NCBI GenBank assembly: GCA_047495785.1
Contig: JBLDXI010000059.1
Location: 248,001 to 312,000 of the forward strand
Direction of reading: 5' to 3'
From: Lepidodermella squamata
Taxonomy: Eukaryota > Animalia > Gastrotricha
Length of the DNA: 64,000 bases
Part shown: in pieces, positions 47,601 to 60,245 of the stretch
Numbering within the stretch: the stretch's first letter is position 1
How the letters are laid out: each line of letters begins with the position of its first letter
Notes under the pieces: generated by a model
The model's database searches: none
What the model was told of the DNA's origin: nothing
The model's input: the letters and a program-made list of their open reading frames with translations, nothing else
Program-made: the position numbers and the translations under genes

Positions 47601-50600
47601 CATCCGCGATCGTGAGATATAGCTATTTTGTGGCGTTAAAATTCATTGCAAATTAAACGTAAAGATATAATCAGGAAATGAAAACATTTTTGTTGTTATC
47701 AGAGTATCGGTATATTATTCTGCACCGTGTTATTCTTTGATAATTTGTGTTCATTTTTTAATTTAATCTTGATTTTTCGACCCATTTATGAAGGCACACG
47801 TCACAGTGGAAGATTTCGATCTCTTCGATTTGAACGATGTCGACGCGGCTTTCGAAAAGATGACCCTGGTCAAATACTCTCAGACGATCAATCTGACCGG
47901 AAAGGGCCGCGGGCTGCAAATCGTTGCGTTGTACGCAGGTCACATGGTCGGCGGTACTGTCTGGAAAATTGTCAAAGAGGGCGAGGAGGAAATTGTCTAT
48001 ATGGTTGATATTAATCACAAGAAAGATCGTCACCTCAACGGATGTCACTTTGAGTCCATTGTGCGGCCACACATTTTGATAACGGACTGTTATAACGCAA
48101 ATTACATTCAGCCGAGACGTAAACAGCGCGATGAATTACTGATGAGTAAGTTTTATATCAGCGTGGCTAATCAGTGCAAATTCTAATATAGGCACTTCCG
48201 TTTTTTTTCATATTAGCTGAGATTCACCACACGTTGCGTGGGGGTGGAAATGTCCTGATCGCGACGGACACAGCTGGGAGAGTGCTGGAACTCGCGCAAA
48301 TGATGGATCACGTCTGGCATCAGCCCGAATCAGGTCTCCTCGCCTACTCCCTCGTCATGCTGAGCAATTTATCGTACAACGTGGTTGAATTTGCGAAATC
48401 TATGGTTGAATGGATGTCTGACCAAACACTGCGAGGCTTTGAAGGTCAACGCGTCAACCCGTTCGCATTCCGCCACGTCATTCTATGCCATACTATGGCT
48501 GAGTTCAAAAAAATTCCAGATCCCAAGGTTTGTGTTTTATTGCTTTTCCAAAGCTTTTAAGAGATCCAAGATCAAGCACAAAATAAGTATATATTTCAAG
48601 AGTTGATAAAAATGTCATCAGACGCATCTTTCTCGTCGTCTGCTGGCATGGAAACGATGGTTTTGCGTGAAAACTCCGAATGACGGCCCTGGGACATGTA
48701 GCTAGGGGAAGAAGCCCGTCGTAGCACGCCTTTCACCGAACTCATTCGTCTAAGCGAGACGTTGATAACTTGGCGTACATCGCGGTTGAAAAAGCTGTAT
48801 AACAGCGGGTTAATGCAGGCCTGAGCCATGGTCAACAGTTTCAAACTGTGAATGAGGATAGGATTACTTAGAAAATCCGGCGGCCCTTCTTTGAATAAAC
48901 CGCTGGTTTTAATATTGACGATTAACGCTACGATTTGATATGGGGTCCAGCAGATTGCGAATGTAATTAAAACAGCTACTAGGAGGGCGGTTGTTTTGCC
49001 GACATACCGCCTTCCGCGAGCCAGATTCGGCGTTTTACCGGCTATGTGGGTGATCACTCGGGAGTGAATGATGAAAGTCAAAATCAGCGGTAGCACGAAT
49101 GAAAAGGCGAAGACGGAACTTGAATAAATCACGAAGAGTATTGGCGAGCTCCAGCTTTGAATGCAATACGACCCAACAATGTATTCTGATTAGAAAAATT
49201 CAAAAAAATTTGAATATTAAGGTGGAATTTTGTTGAATTACCTCGCACATTTTGCACGTGTTTTTCGTCGAGTTTAAATATAGGCAGATAAATTTTTGCG
49301 TGATGCAAACCGCCGTGTATAACTGCGGGTATTGATAACAAGCCGTGAGCGATGACTATGGCGAGCACAATTCCGATGGTTTTCAGAACTAATTTGCCAG
49401 CCTCTCCGGAATTGTCGTGAGTTATAGTCATCCTCCGAATAGATGCTCGCATGTTAGTTACACGGTGGTAGCGAATGCTTGCGATTATTGTCATTAGGGT
49501 ACAGGAAACACCGACTAGAGCCATGATGACCGGGTCGCGAAATTTGCACATAATTTCACCAAACTGCCATTCGCTTTCTTTCAACGTGGACGTGATTATC
49601 ATTCCGATATTTAAGGAGGCCATTAATATGTCGTCGACTGCTAGAACAGCGACTAAAATTGTGATTAAATCGCGAGTTTTGCCGTCATTTATCATATTAG
49701 GCTTGAAGCCGCGCTTCGTTTTGAGCAGACCTGTAATAAAACGGCGAAAAAATCAAACCATATGGTAGAAGATGTGAAATCTTACTTGCAATGACAAAAA
49801 TATTGCCAATAATTGCGATTAGAACTTCGACAGCCGCAATCACAACCAGCGCAATTTTGATGTCGCGCGATATCATTGCTGTTTCATCAATCAGCGATTC
49901 GATGTCTCGAGTAGTTTGCTGGGGCGTGAAATCTGTCACGCTTGGTCGCGTTACCATATGCGACAAGGTGATGGCAGCTGTTCGCATTTGCTTTCGGCGA
50001 CTTAACAGACTTTTTGTGGTCTTCAACTGCTTCGTCGCGTTTAGAGCCCATTGGGCTGTCGTCGTCATAATCATCGCATATTTTATACAAAAAATCTAGA
50101 ATTTCTGGAATCATAAATTTGCGTGTAATCAAGTATGTTCTAATTTTTTTGCGTTGATTAGGTTGTGCTAGCAAGCATGCCAGATCTGGAGAGTGGGTTC
50201 TCTCGGACCCTTTTCACAAATTGGGTGAGCGATTCGCGAAATACGATAATTTTAACTACGAGGACGACGCCCAACACGCTAGCCAGGCGGCTTATCGACG
50301 ACAATCAATCGCTGGAACGAATGTCTCTCGAAATAAAGCGACGCGTGCGACTTGAAGGCGAAGAGCTGGAAGAATTCATGCGTAGGCAACGCGAGAAGCA
50401 GCTCGAAGAAGAAAATACGAAAAAGTGAGTGAGACATCGTTAATTTGATAATTAAAATGTGTTATACTTAATATTAGGGAGGAGGAGTCTGGATCTGAAG
50501 AGGAGAGTGATGATGAATTAGGTGCGAATGCGTTGGCTGTGCCTGGCGCGACCACGCCCGGCGCCCCTGGCCCGCAGGCGGGATCGATGGTTTTCGATCG

Positions 50601-52908
50601 CATGAACTCTGTCCCAACGGGTGACAGCAAGTTTGGCGCGAAGGGTCACAGTAAATTGATGAAACACCTTCAGCGATACGCCCACCCAACATATCCTCTC
50701 GTTGAGAAAAAGCTGAAATGGGACGACTACGGCGAAATTATCAAGTGAGTTTTTGTGCAGCTTTCTAAATACAAATGAGACACATCAAAGGAAACCCGAC
50801 CCTTTTTCGTGAAATCTAGTAGCTCAAGCGATAACAGCACCCAATTTAGAGCAAGCCGCCCTACATTTGGCCACTTCGAATTTTTGTTAATTTTCAAGCG
50901 GGATGAATTTTTAGGAAGAAAATAAGCAGAAGCAGAAGCTCTTGGGTTATCGGATGCCGAACTCCGCAGGTCCGGACGATTTTACCTAGATTTTTTAGGC
51001 TAATTTTTTAGTCACATGTACGTTTATAAATGGCGTTCTGTGAGGTTGCTTGACATTGGGGCTGGAGGCTTCTCAGCTGCGACTATTTAGCCCCGGCGGT
51101 TTTCACCAATTGAACTGGCATACAATTTAGCCTACGAAATTTCAGCATAAATCTGGAGGGTATACCAAGCGGCAATTTAGCGATTAGTTTGAAAAGCTGA
51201 CGTAGAGAACGTAGTTTTTCCTAGCGGTTCGGCGCGGAAATTTCTGGACGCGATTGATAGCGCTATACGTAAGCTATTGGTTAAACTAGGTGAAACTAGC
51301 CCTCAGTGAATTCAGGCCGGGAAGCTCTATTTGATTGAAAATAATGAAAGTGTCGGTTATCCTGTGCTGTCTCTCAAATATCAAAACCTCTATAATTTGT
51401 AAAGCAAAATTCAGGTTTTTATGTGGAATTTTATCGTATTACCCAAATTGAGCGAAATGTTCTTGATGGATAGCCTCATATGAAATCAGAGGCAGGCATT
51501 CGAGTAAATTGAAAATAAAGAAGAGCCCCGAAGCCTATGTCCGAAATAGGACAGCCTCAAATATGGGTGTAACTTTTTTCATCAGACATACGTCTTCTTT
51601 TATCGCAGACAAATGTCTTATTCATTCGGCAAACTAAAATGTGACTGGATACATCCGCCAATAAATTCTACTCCAAGCCGAGTTTCAATGAATTTTAGAA
51701 TCGAGCTAACTACATTTTTAGGTTCCTCGGCTTGGCGATTGGGCAGAGATGATCGAAAAAGTTCATAACTGAGTCTCGTAACTAATAAGGTGGATGTAAC
51801 TCCCATTATTTCATGAACAAAATCCTGACGGGGAATCTAGTTAGCTTGGCACTAAAATTCCATCTTTGGGTCAAATTAGCTCCTTAGTTTTCAGACCAGA
51901 ATTTCCAGGCGAATAGACGAAATATAGAATGCAATATTTTTCAGTAATTTATAAAAAATGTAAATTTCTCTATCTAGCCCGGCCGACTTCATGTTGGGTG
52001 ATACCCTGCTGCCCCGTCAATACGATACGACAGCCTCGGGTGAAGTTGTCCCGTCCGAAGATATGGACCGGACGATATCTCCGAATCCTCACGGTGGGGG
52101 CGGTTATGGCGATGGAGATGCGATGGACCAGTACCCGGCTATTCAACCGCCTCCGCCGGCTGTCGACCCCGAAATCTCACTGGCATCACTGCCGACGAAA
52201 CCAGTCGTAACAACGCAGGTTTACGACGTTCGAGCCAACATCCTATTCATCGATTTCGAGGGGCGAAGTGACGGCGAGTCGATCAAAAAAATCATCCAGC
52301 AAATCAAGCCAACCAAATTAGTCCTAGTGCACGGCGATGAAGAGTCGACCCGGCTAATGAACGACTATTGCCGATCGACAATGACGCCTAGGACCAGTGT
52401 AATAGCCCCGCGTTGCTACGAACGCCTCGATTTGTCATCCGATCGCCACATGTACCAAGTGCGGTTGACGGATCAACTCGCGAGCGGCCTGCGGTTCTTC
52501 AAAGCTGGCGATTTCGAAGTGGCCTGGGTCGACGGTATCATTAACGCCGGCCGGAGCGATCAACAGGTCGCTGTTCCCGGCGTCGAGTCAGTCCCTGGTA
52601 GCAGATCGGCGCCAATGGATGCGAATATGACAACTTTGCATGAATTGACGCCGTTGCTCGACGTGTTGCCGCAAGATGAAGTGCCGTATCATGACAGCCT
52701 GTTTGTATCGGAGCCGCGCCTCTCCGACCTCAAGCAGGTGCTGCAACGCGAAAATATCAAGGCGGAATTTACGGGCGGTATTCTGGTTTGCGAGGAGAAA
52801 ATCGCAATAAAGCGCACTGAAGCCGGACGTTTTCAACTCGAGGGCCCAATTTGCGAGGCCTACTTTCGCGTGCGTGACGTCCTTTACCAGCAATTTGCCA
52901 TTTTGTAA
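35649..52908 (+). CDS. CPSF2: Cleavage and polyadenylation specificity factor 100 kDa subunit. Exons 35649-35957, 47794-48145, 48217-48527, 50162-50424, 50478-50744, 51978-52908
   Basis: [78 protein letters not shown] and C-terminal LYQQFAIL; all junctions are GT-AG with matching phases; AATAAA at 52929. Confidence 0.96.
36143..39074 (-). CDS. MACPF - Thr-rich linker - LDLa - C-type lectin-like - LDLa protein nested in CPSF2 intron 1. Exons 39074-37311 and 36430-36143
   Basis: [12 protein letters not shown]...DPGF and FIADYGTHV....MGA (MACPF signature); two LDLa modules (CENGR...[13 protein letters not shown]; [16 protein letters not shown]); CTL motifs YWIGL, FKWRDG, WHPGEPS; a phase-0 splice agc|gtaagc...ag|acc completes the CTL (LNDVSD...PLCE). 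Confidence 0.9.
39914..40033. repeat. Near-perfect 120-bp palindrome
   Basis: agcgtggcagcaagtcttgtt..gattatgacagattaggagccggtacc-gaat-ggtaccggttcctaatctgtcataatc..aacaagacttgctgccacgct. Confidence 0.92.
40482..42410 (-). mobile_element. Internally deleted PIF/Harbinger element: nuclease remnant (41076-40482) and Myb/SANT-like gene (about 42410-41230)
   Basis: [22 protein letters not shown]...LHNF (DDE_Tnp_4 C-terminus); [11 protein letters not shown]...[10 protein letters not shown]....FMSMWDAIF (Myb/SANT-like). Confidence 0.8.
42574..46956 (+). mobile_element. Outer MULE with an internally deleted transposase at about 45447-46777
   Basis: TSD caattgac at 42566-42573 and 46957-46964; TIR agtgtaagttcgtacccgc; C2H2-like CNIC..H, FLYWCH-like segment and [11 protein letters not shown]; the DDE core is absent. 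Confidence 0.85.
42588..45164 (-). mobile_element. Inner MULE with a near-complete but disrupted transposase (44704-43007), inserted in the left TIR of the outer MULE
   Basis: TSD gtgtaagt at 42580-42587 and 45165-45172; cccgaa subterminal repeats; FLYWCH-like domain, [27 protein letters not shown]; two short introns, an in-frame stop and frameshifts. Confidence 0.9.
48596..50074 (-). CDS. Rhodopsin-class, peptide-receptor-like GPCR nested in CPSF2 intron 3. Exons 50074-49786, 49730-49242, 49185-48596
   Basis: TM1 IIGN, TM2 [17 protein letters not shown] in place of DRY, ECL2 Cys, TM6 ICWTPY, TM7 CINPLLY; two short GT-AG introns with matching phase. Confidence 0.92.
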
Positions 52909-54731
52909 CGATGGGACTCGCGGCCGGAAATAAAGCTCATTCTTAGAATTCCGCAATTTTGATCAATCACTTTTGTTTTTACAGGAAAAAATAATAATAA
53001 AACGATATATTGTGATGTGTACGTATTTTACCTATTTCAGCCGCTGTGATTATCTCGACTCGGATGCTACAAAAAAATTAGCCCGGAAGAAGAGTGGATA
53101 TTTTTGAGAAGAATTCATAACGAAATAAAAGTGTCCGGTTTGCGGGAACAATTGAAAAATGAAGTTTGCTTTAGATTTGACACCATGCTGGCCGGAGCAA
53201 AAGAGTTGATGGTTTGCGGGTCCTCCAGGGATTGCGAACGCTTGCCGATAAAACTGCGTAGACATAACAACAGCGAAAAATGCAATAAAACCGCGCCCTC
53301 AGCTACTGAATAACGTTAATATTGATGCGATGTTTTTTACGAAATCATCAAATAATGTTCGCAGTTCATCATCCATCACCGTTCGTATATTAAATGGCTG
53401 AACGTGAAAAAAACGAAGAAACGCCGTTAAATGGAGTTATTATCACGTTGAAAGCTGGAATGTTCTATTTTAGATTGCTAGCATTTTTGAGAACGCATCA
53501 ATTTTAGATGAAATTCGAAGTAATTATGCGAAATGCATTGTGGGTATACGGTGTTGTTTGAACCCAGACACTAGCAGAAAAAACAGTGTTAAGCACAGAC
53601 ATCGTAGGCGAGTTGAAATCAGTCTAAGCGGTTTAAAACAGCAACATAACAAGAACGGGTAACTCAGGTGTTTTATAACAAAAAAGAACACATTGATGGA
53701 TTATCTGAATAAAAATAGTTACGCGCTCATTGTATGGCTTGTTGTGTACTCGATGTTGAGAAAACGGGTAGATTTACCTAAGGCAAGTCAATACTATATG
53801 TATAAGCGACAATTTGCCTTGCCCTAGGCCAGTCTTATACCCGAACCAGATGAGACATCACAGGTTAGGTATAGAGCCTGTGCTCGCGTACGAAAATCTA
53901 TCAATCGCATCTCGGGAATTTGTTCGCTCTTATAAAATAATAATTAAGAACGACGTTGTTTTTGTATACACAATTTATATCGATATGAAATAACTATATT
54001 AGATGGGGGAAAAAAAACAGAAAAGCACTTAGGCCACCAGCGATAGACGATTCGATTCGGTAAATAAATCATCGCACTTACCACTTACCGCTGTAAGAAA
54101 AATATAAATGATGGAGTGCAGCACGACACGATGAAAACTGCATCTCTGACGTACGCTGCATGGAGTCCAATATGTTTCGAAAGGCTTTGCGCCAAGTGGT
54201 CACCCTAAATGTATATAGTAAGCTAAAATTGAGACTGCATGATTTTTCCGAAATATGGTTTTTGAGTTTCACGTACTGCTTTGGATCTCAATTGTTATTA
54301 CCAAGAGTAGTCGATATATCTTTCAATTTTCGTATTTTCCGCTATTATAGAGCCGATTTACGGTATAAGCAGCCTGGGAAGCCTTGTCATTTACCTGAAG
54401 GTGAGGATACCAGCTAGCTAATGCGGCAAATGCCATGCTAAATTTTGCGCGTGGTGATCAATAAAGAAAAGTCGAAACCGCAAAAGAAAGATGTTTCGAT
54501 TCAGTTTTCAAATTAGAACGCCTAATTTTGCTATTGCAGACATTCAAAAACTAACGAAGTTCTGAACTAGTTTTTGCCTATATATCATACATCGGTTCAT
54601 ATCGGTCAAAACTCAATTATTCGGCAAGCAAAATTCAATAGAATTGTGATAGCAAATCATGATATATTATAGCACAAAATAATGTTATCTAGCGTAATAC
54701 CATTGATATTTATTTATTATTTATTTATTGA

Positions 54732-57473
54732 GACTGAAACCCAAAACGTCGCGCAATTTAATTCAATAAGCGCGCAAAGTAAACAATAACGCGCGCAACA
54801 TAATTTAAGGTGTCGCGCAAGAGACCGTCGCGCAGAAGAAATTAATCCGTGCGCACATCACTTGAAAAGCCGCGCATTTGTAATCACCACGTCGCGAAAT
54901 TTAATAAATTTGTCGCAGACCTAAAACAGGACGTAGCAAACCCAATTTTATTGAAAATCACAACAAAGTAATTTAAAAAAAGATGCGAAAACAAAAAAGT
55001 CACAAAATAGGTCAAATTTCAAATCTATTTGTTGCAACAATTAGAGCACGAGCAAGCCGAGCCGCATTTAGAATTCGATGCTAGACAAGAACATTTACGG
55101 CCTCGGCTGCCAGTTTTACAGCCGTTAGAACAACCGCACCGTGATTGCGAAGGGGCAGCAGAAGTTGTTTGAATTTCAGACCGTGTTTCGACGAAGTCAG
55201 GCGTGTCATCGAAAATCCTGGCTTCGACTCGGCGCACTTTTGCCAACGGTGCCACAGCTGGAACGTCAACTTGTAAAGCTGTCTTGTCTCTCGGGGGGCG
55301 CCCGGGCTTGTTGCGCCTTTCCAGCTTTGAAAGCTCCAACTGAACCCAGATGGGTCTCGGCTTCTTAAGAAACTGAATTTCGAAGCCCAACGAATGGCCG
55401 CAAACGTACTGCTTTTGAAAGTATCGACAGTGGCACCTGAAACCGGGCCCGGCGCGTTGAGCAAAATGATAGGAAGCGTGCCAGTCGCGGAACTCATCGA
55501 GAGATGTCCAGTTGTAGTTTCGAAATCGGTCAACGGCTCTGGCTGCCTCGAGTTCTCCGATCTCAGTTTCGTCCCGCCGCCATACATAGACCCCATGATA
55601 GCGTCGAACCGATATGTCTTTAGCGAGAAAATCATTTGCTGCTTGCCAAATTGTCAAATTTCCAGGCAACTTCTCATCAATTTTCACAGATTCATGAAAC
55701 CCGTTCTTCTTGAAATCAACACCATCAGGCCGCCGGAGAGTAGACCAGAATGGCATCACTTCTTCGTCATTTTTAATCAACACTTTGAGCACTTTCTTCT
55801 GTTGAAATAGAGTGAACAGTCGTTTGTACGTTGAATTCCCCGACTCGTTGGGGTTATTAGTTGCCGGGCAGTCGGGCGCGGCTCCCTCATACCACTTATT
55901 CATAACCCGCCAATAACCCGCAAACAGGCCACTGCTCGCCTCAAACATTTCGCCGCAGTGGGACAGCTGAACTAAGCTGACGTCGCTAGCCAGTTGCTGC
56001 TTCAGCTTCCGCACTTCGGCCACTTCTTCCTTGTTCTTGCGGTCGTTCGGCTTAACTTCCTTATCCAGGCGCTTGTCGTAGTTGCGCGTCACGTGGGCCC
56101 AGCAGTTGACCTGGACCATATCCGGACCCCATACAGTTTCAATTGCGTCGGCGATCGCTTTCGCACCGTCGCGCACACACGCAGCTGGGCGCGGCATTTC
56201 TTTACCGGTCACGCGTCTAAATCAGATAAGTAAACAGTGAAACTCTCAAAGAGGGTAAACAAGGCCAACCTGTAAGTGTTCTTCAAGCCAAACAGAACAG
56301 CAGCATAATCCTCCTTCGTCTCGCCCTTCGTCAAAGCGATGCCAGTGGGGTGAAACTTGCGCCTCCAATCGCTGGTCCCCATCAAAATGAAAGGGAAGCC
56401 CATGTGCGTTGTGCCAAACGAGGCGTCGACGTGTAATGGCCGGCCATGCTTGTGATGGTCAATCAAGCGAGGCGTGGTCTGCAGAATGCGGAATTGTTGG
56501 GCGCAGTGGACCGTCTCGGGTATGACCTCGCACAGGCCGACGAAGCACGTGTCGAGATTTTCAGGCACTTGCAGCTTATTTTCGCAAAAACGCTCCAGGT
56601 CAGCCAAGGTGACCGGCGAATCGTCGGGTAGCAGCGCCCGCTCCTTCTGTTTCAGGTAGGCGACGATAGCCTTCTCGGGAATCATGGCGATGTCGAAATT
56701 TCGGCGAGATAAATAGACCTGGACCGCCCGTAAAGTTGTTTTCTATAAAAATTTTAAGGTGGATGACTAGTGGATAAATGATAAATGAGAAATTAACTCA
56801 CATCAGCCACCCAAGCATCGTCGATTGCCTGCATGACCTCGGGTGTCAAAGGCGCCAGTTCTTCAGGGTGCCGGTGAGGGATGTCGTTGTCGTAAATTTT
56901 GGTTGCTTCGCCGTGAACAACCTTAACTTCAGCCCGGCAAATTCGCCGGCCATTTTTACGCCGACGCCCTCCCTTCGCACAGCCGTAGTACTCAACATAG
57001 CAGCCTCTCCTCTCCTCGCCGCCTCGTTGCCGAAACAATGGGCCCCTATTACCTAGGAAGGCCTACTGGGCTTCCTCGTACGACCCGGAAAAAATAGGTA
57101 GCCAGTTGTTTTTCAACTTTTCGTAGTCATCGAAAATTCCACCTGTTGGTAGCTGCGATTCTAAATCATCGGCTTCAATGCTATCGCCATCGATGCTTTG
57201 AAGAAGTGGCGGCTGATCAGGTGGCTGTTGAAGCTCATTAATCAATTCTTCAACTTCGTCAAGAAATCTCATGTTTGAATGCTGAGAAATAATGAAATAA
57301 GGGCATGCTACGTGATTTATATTTTGCGCGACACGTGGTATTATTCTGCGCGACGGGTGTTATTATTCTGCGCGACACATTCTGCTAGTGCGCGACGCTT
57401 TTGTTTACTTTGCTCACATCTGTTTGTTTTGCGCGTTTACTGAATTTATTTGCGCGACGCCTGTCGAAGACCC
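54732..57473 (-). mobile_element. MULE with a near-complete transposase (57272-55025; exons 57272-56802, 56742-56270, 56216-55025)
   Basis: TSD atttattga at 54723-54731 and 57474-57482; cgcgca subterminal repeats; LHVDASF, VRDGAKAI, CWAH, TNNPNES, SWIM CHC...CGH, AT-hook and Cys-rich tail; one in-frame TAG at 57063-57065. Confidence 0.9.
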
Positions 57474-59596
57474 ATTTATTGAGCGGGTCAAAATCCAATA
57501 AGGAAGCTCGAGCGAAGGTTAAAAAGGAAAAATGGGCATTTCAGAATTATTGTCCGTTCTGAATCTAGTCAGTATTTCAAGTTCCATTTCTATGTCCGGT
57601 GATAAAAAGAAACATGAAAGAAAAGATTCGCGCGCGCCGTTGGCTGTTGATACCTACACTCTTAATTTATCAACGGTCCAGACCATTAGAAAACACACCG
57701 CTGGAACAGATTCATATTTAACGCTGAAACTTTTCGGACCGATCTCACAAATTTTAGCGGTAGATATTTTGAAGAAAATCTTGAAACGCTGAATTTTTCA
57801 AAATAATTCATGCGCTGAATATTTATAATAATTATGAGCGTTGAATATTATATATTTTTCTCCTGCCCCCTCCCTCCCTCCGGTTCAAACTCAAATTCAA
57901 AATCGAGCAATTTCAGGTTTTTTACTAAGTCCGAAAATATGAATTATAGTCAAATGAAGTATTATTTACGTTTAGGTAGAACTACGAACTCAATAGCATT
58001 ATTAGCAGAGCGAATTTCAATGGCCTCGGTTGTCCGTGCCAATTTTTTCGTGCCGAGAAAATGAGAACTTAATTTACGAAAGTCTGAACAATAAATGCAC
58101 ACGTGACCATCAAGGCTTTGAAATTTGCTCTGCGAATCAATGAACACGCAAATCAAAAAGGTGTAGTTAGGCAGAAAACGAAAACAATGAGACTATTATC
58201 ATGTTTGAGACGTTTTGGTTCGGTCAATTTTGATGTTCGAAGTTTTATAGCTTCATTAGCCCCAGTTGGCTTGCGATGATTGCAATCTTCATCGAATTTG
58301 AAATAATCGATATCGGCTGCAGTGCAAGGCAAATTCAGCGCCCTTCATGCTTCATTCTTCTTCGCCGATTGACAGTAAACGAGCCATAAATGAGCGCAAA
58401 ATTTGAGCCAAATCGACCGAAATCAAAAGAAATTAGGTTAAAATTCATAAATTCAGTAATTAACCTGAAGCGAAATCAGCGCGCACTGCGGTATTAACTG
58501 AATGCACCTTGAAATCCCCATCACCACGCCAATTGCCGAAAAATCAGAGGTTAGAGCAACAAAATCTCAAATTCAGATCTCAAGAAAAATATCTCCTCGA
58601 TTTTAGAGACAAAAATTAAGTAATGAGAAGGAATGATGAGGCGACGTGGTCTTGAGTCCAGCTTTGTTTCGTAACAATAGGTGTCCCTTTCTCTCCCTAG
58701 GAATTTTTATTTTACAGCGTTAGATCTCTTAATAGGACTTGAGTCTCAGAAATTTTCCCAAGTACTTATTAACGCCAAGCGTTAAAATTTATTTTTGTGG
58801 ATATTCAACGCCCTGATTTATTTGTTTCAGCGCTTGAAATTATCAGTTACAGCGGCGTCAAGGGAGAGGTGAAATTCCTAGGCTGAGTTCTCCGTTGACG
58901 AAATATAACTAAATTCGTCTACGGGCCTGAGTATTTGAATGGAAAAGGACCGCTCTCTCCGCGGTCAGGACCGTTGATTTCATAAGAGTGTATTAGCATC
59001 GCATTTAATTAGGTATATAAAGCCTTCCGCACAAACTCGTTCGGTTTTTCGCTAAATTATGAAAATATGCATATGCAATATGGAAAATATAGGGCAGTCT
59101 GAAGATGCCGCGGAAACTGCCGGAATTACTGGGGTTATTAGGGTTTCAGCTAAAAATGACACGTCGATAGATACAATGATAGAAAAGAGCCCACAAACCA
59201 GTAATAAGCCAATTGCTAATCAGATGCGTAAGTTTCCTCTACCTTAGAGAAGCACACGCGGCGCGGGCTCGCAATCCGACTCGCCGTTTTTTGCGACTTT
59301 TCGCAATGTTTTATTGAGCTGTGCTTTGACTATGTACTATTGCTCAAGTCTTCTCGGCTTCGAGTAACGGCTGTAACGACTGTAACGACGAGATAACAAG
59401 CAATCACTCGGAGATAGACGCGTAGTTTTCAACGAATATGAGCAGATGATCATGTATATCGGTGGTGCGCAAACTCGTTTTTTTGACCGCATGCACAGCT
59501 CACATGTCTAGTTTATCACTTGCTACAAGTATGAGCACTCTTCGCGCTTATTCGAAAAGCCATAGCAGCATCGAAAACTTATCCAGACAGAAATCA

Positions 59597-60049
59597 CCTG
59601 GAAACAGGTCGGGTTGACCGGCCGGTGAGTTGACCGGTTGCCGGTTGGGTCAGGTCGCCGGTTGGGTATGGGTCGACTTGTTTCCAGCCTGTTGGCCAGT
59701 AAACTGGGCTTTTCCGCATGAAAGCAAAACATATAGCGAATTGAACGCGGCTGTGATGAGACTGCCGCGAAAAATTCTGAGTGGCACGCGTAGAAAGGAA
59801 GCTTTTATCAACAATCAGTGGCCTGCGCTATAATCGATTACTTGATATTTGGTGATTCATAGTGGTTGAAAGACATTTTGAATTATAATAAAGAGAGCCA
59901 TTGCATGATTCATGCCCTGTGGGAAACGTGCTCTTGAAACCGGTAAAATACCGGTAAACCGGCTTCGGTACACCGGCTTTCCACCGGCTTAGGTTGCCGG
60001 TGGGTGACATGGGTGCCGGTTGGGTCGTCCCGACCTGTTTCCACCTCTG
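59597..60049. mobile_element. hAT-like MITE with ccggt subterminal repeats
   Basis: tggaaacaggtcggg at left and cccgacctgtttccacctctg at right; no TSD resolved. Confidence 0.55.
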
Positions 60050-60245
60050 CTGTCTTCATGATGTCAGAAGAATGAAACGAGACGAGCGAAGCGAGCAAAC
60101 ATTATCGTTATTTTGCACTCTAAAATCAGTCTAAATATGATGATTTTGCTCTGATTTTTTAGGCGACCAAAATTGCCGCCAGTGCGCAAGCAGTGTGCGA
60201 CTTCGATGTCTCGAAATGCGCCAAAAATGCGCATGCAGGTGCGCC

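Noticed and set aside
47070-47620. Possible Polinton polymerase fragment (PPRRLYLP)
   Set aside because: A single short motif with no other polymerase B signatures.
1778-57065. Single in-frame TAA/TAG codons in several transposases, suggesting stop-codon reassignment
   Set aside because: CPSF2 ends on TAA at its conserved C-terminus and the long host ORFs have no internal stops; ordinary pseudogene decay explains it.
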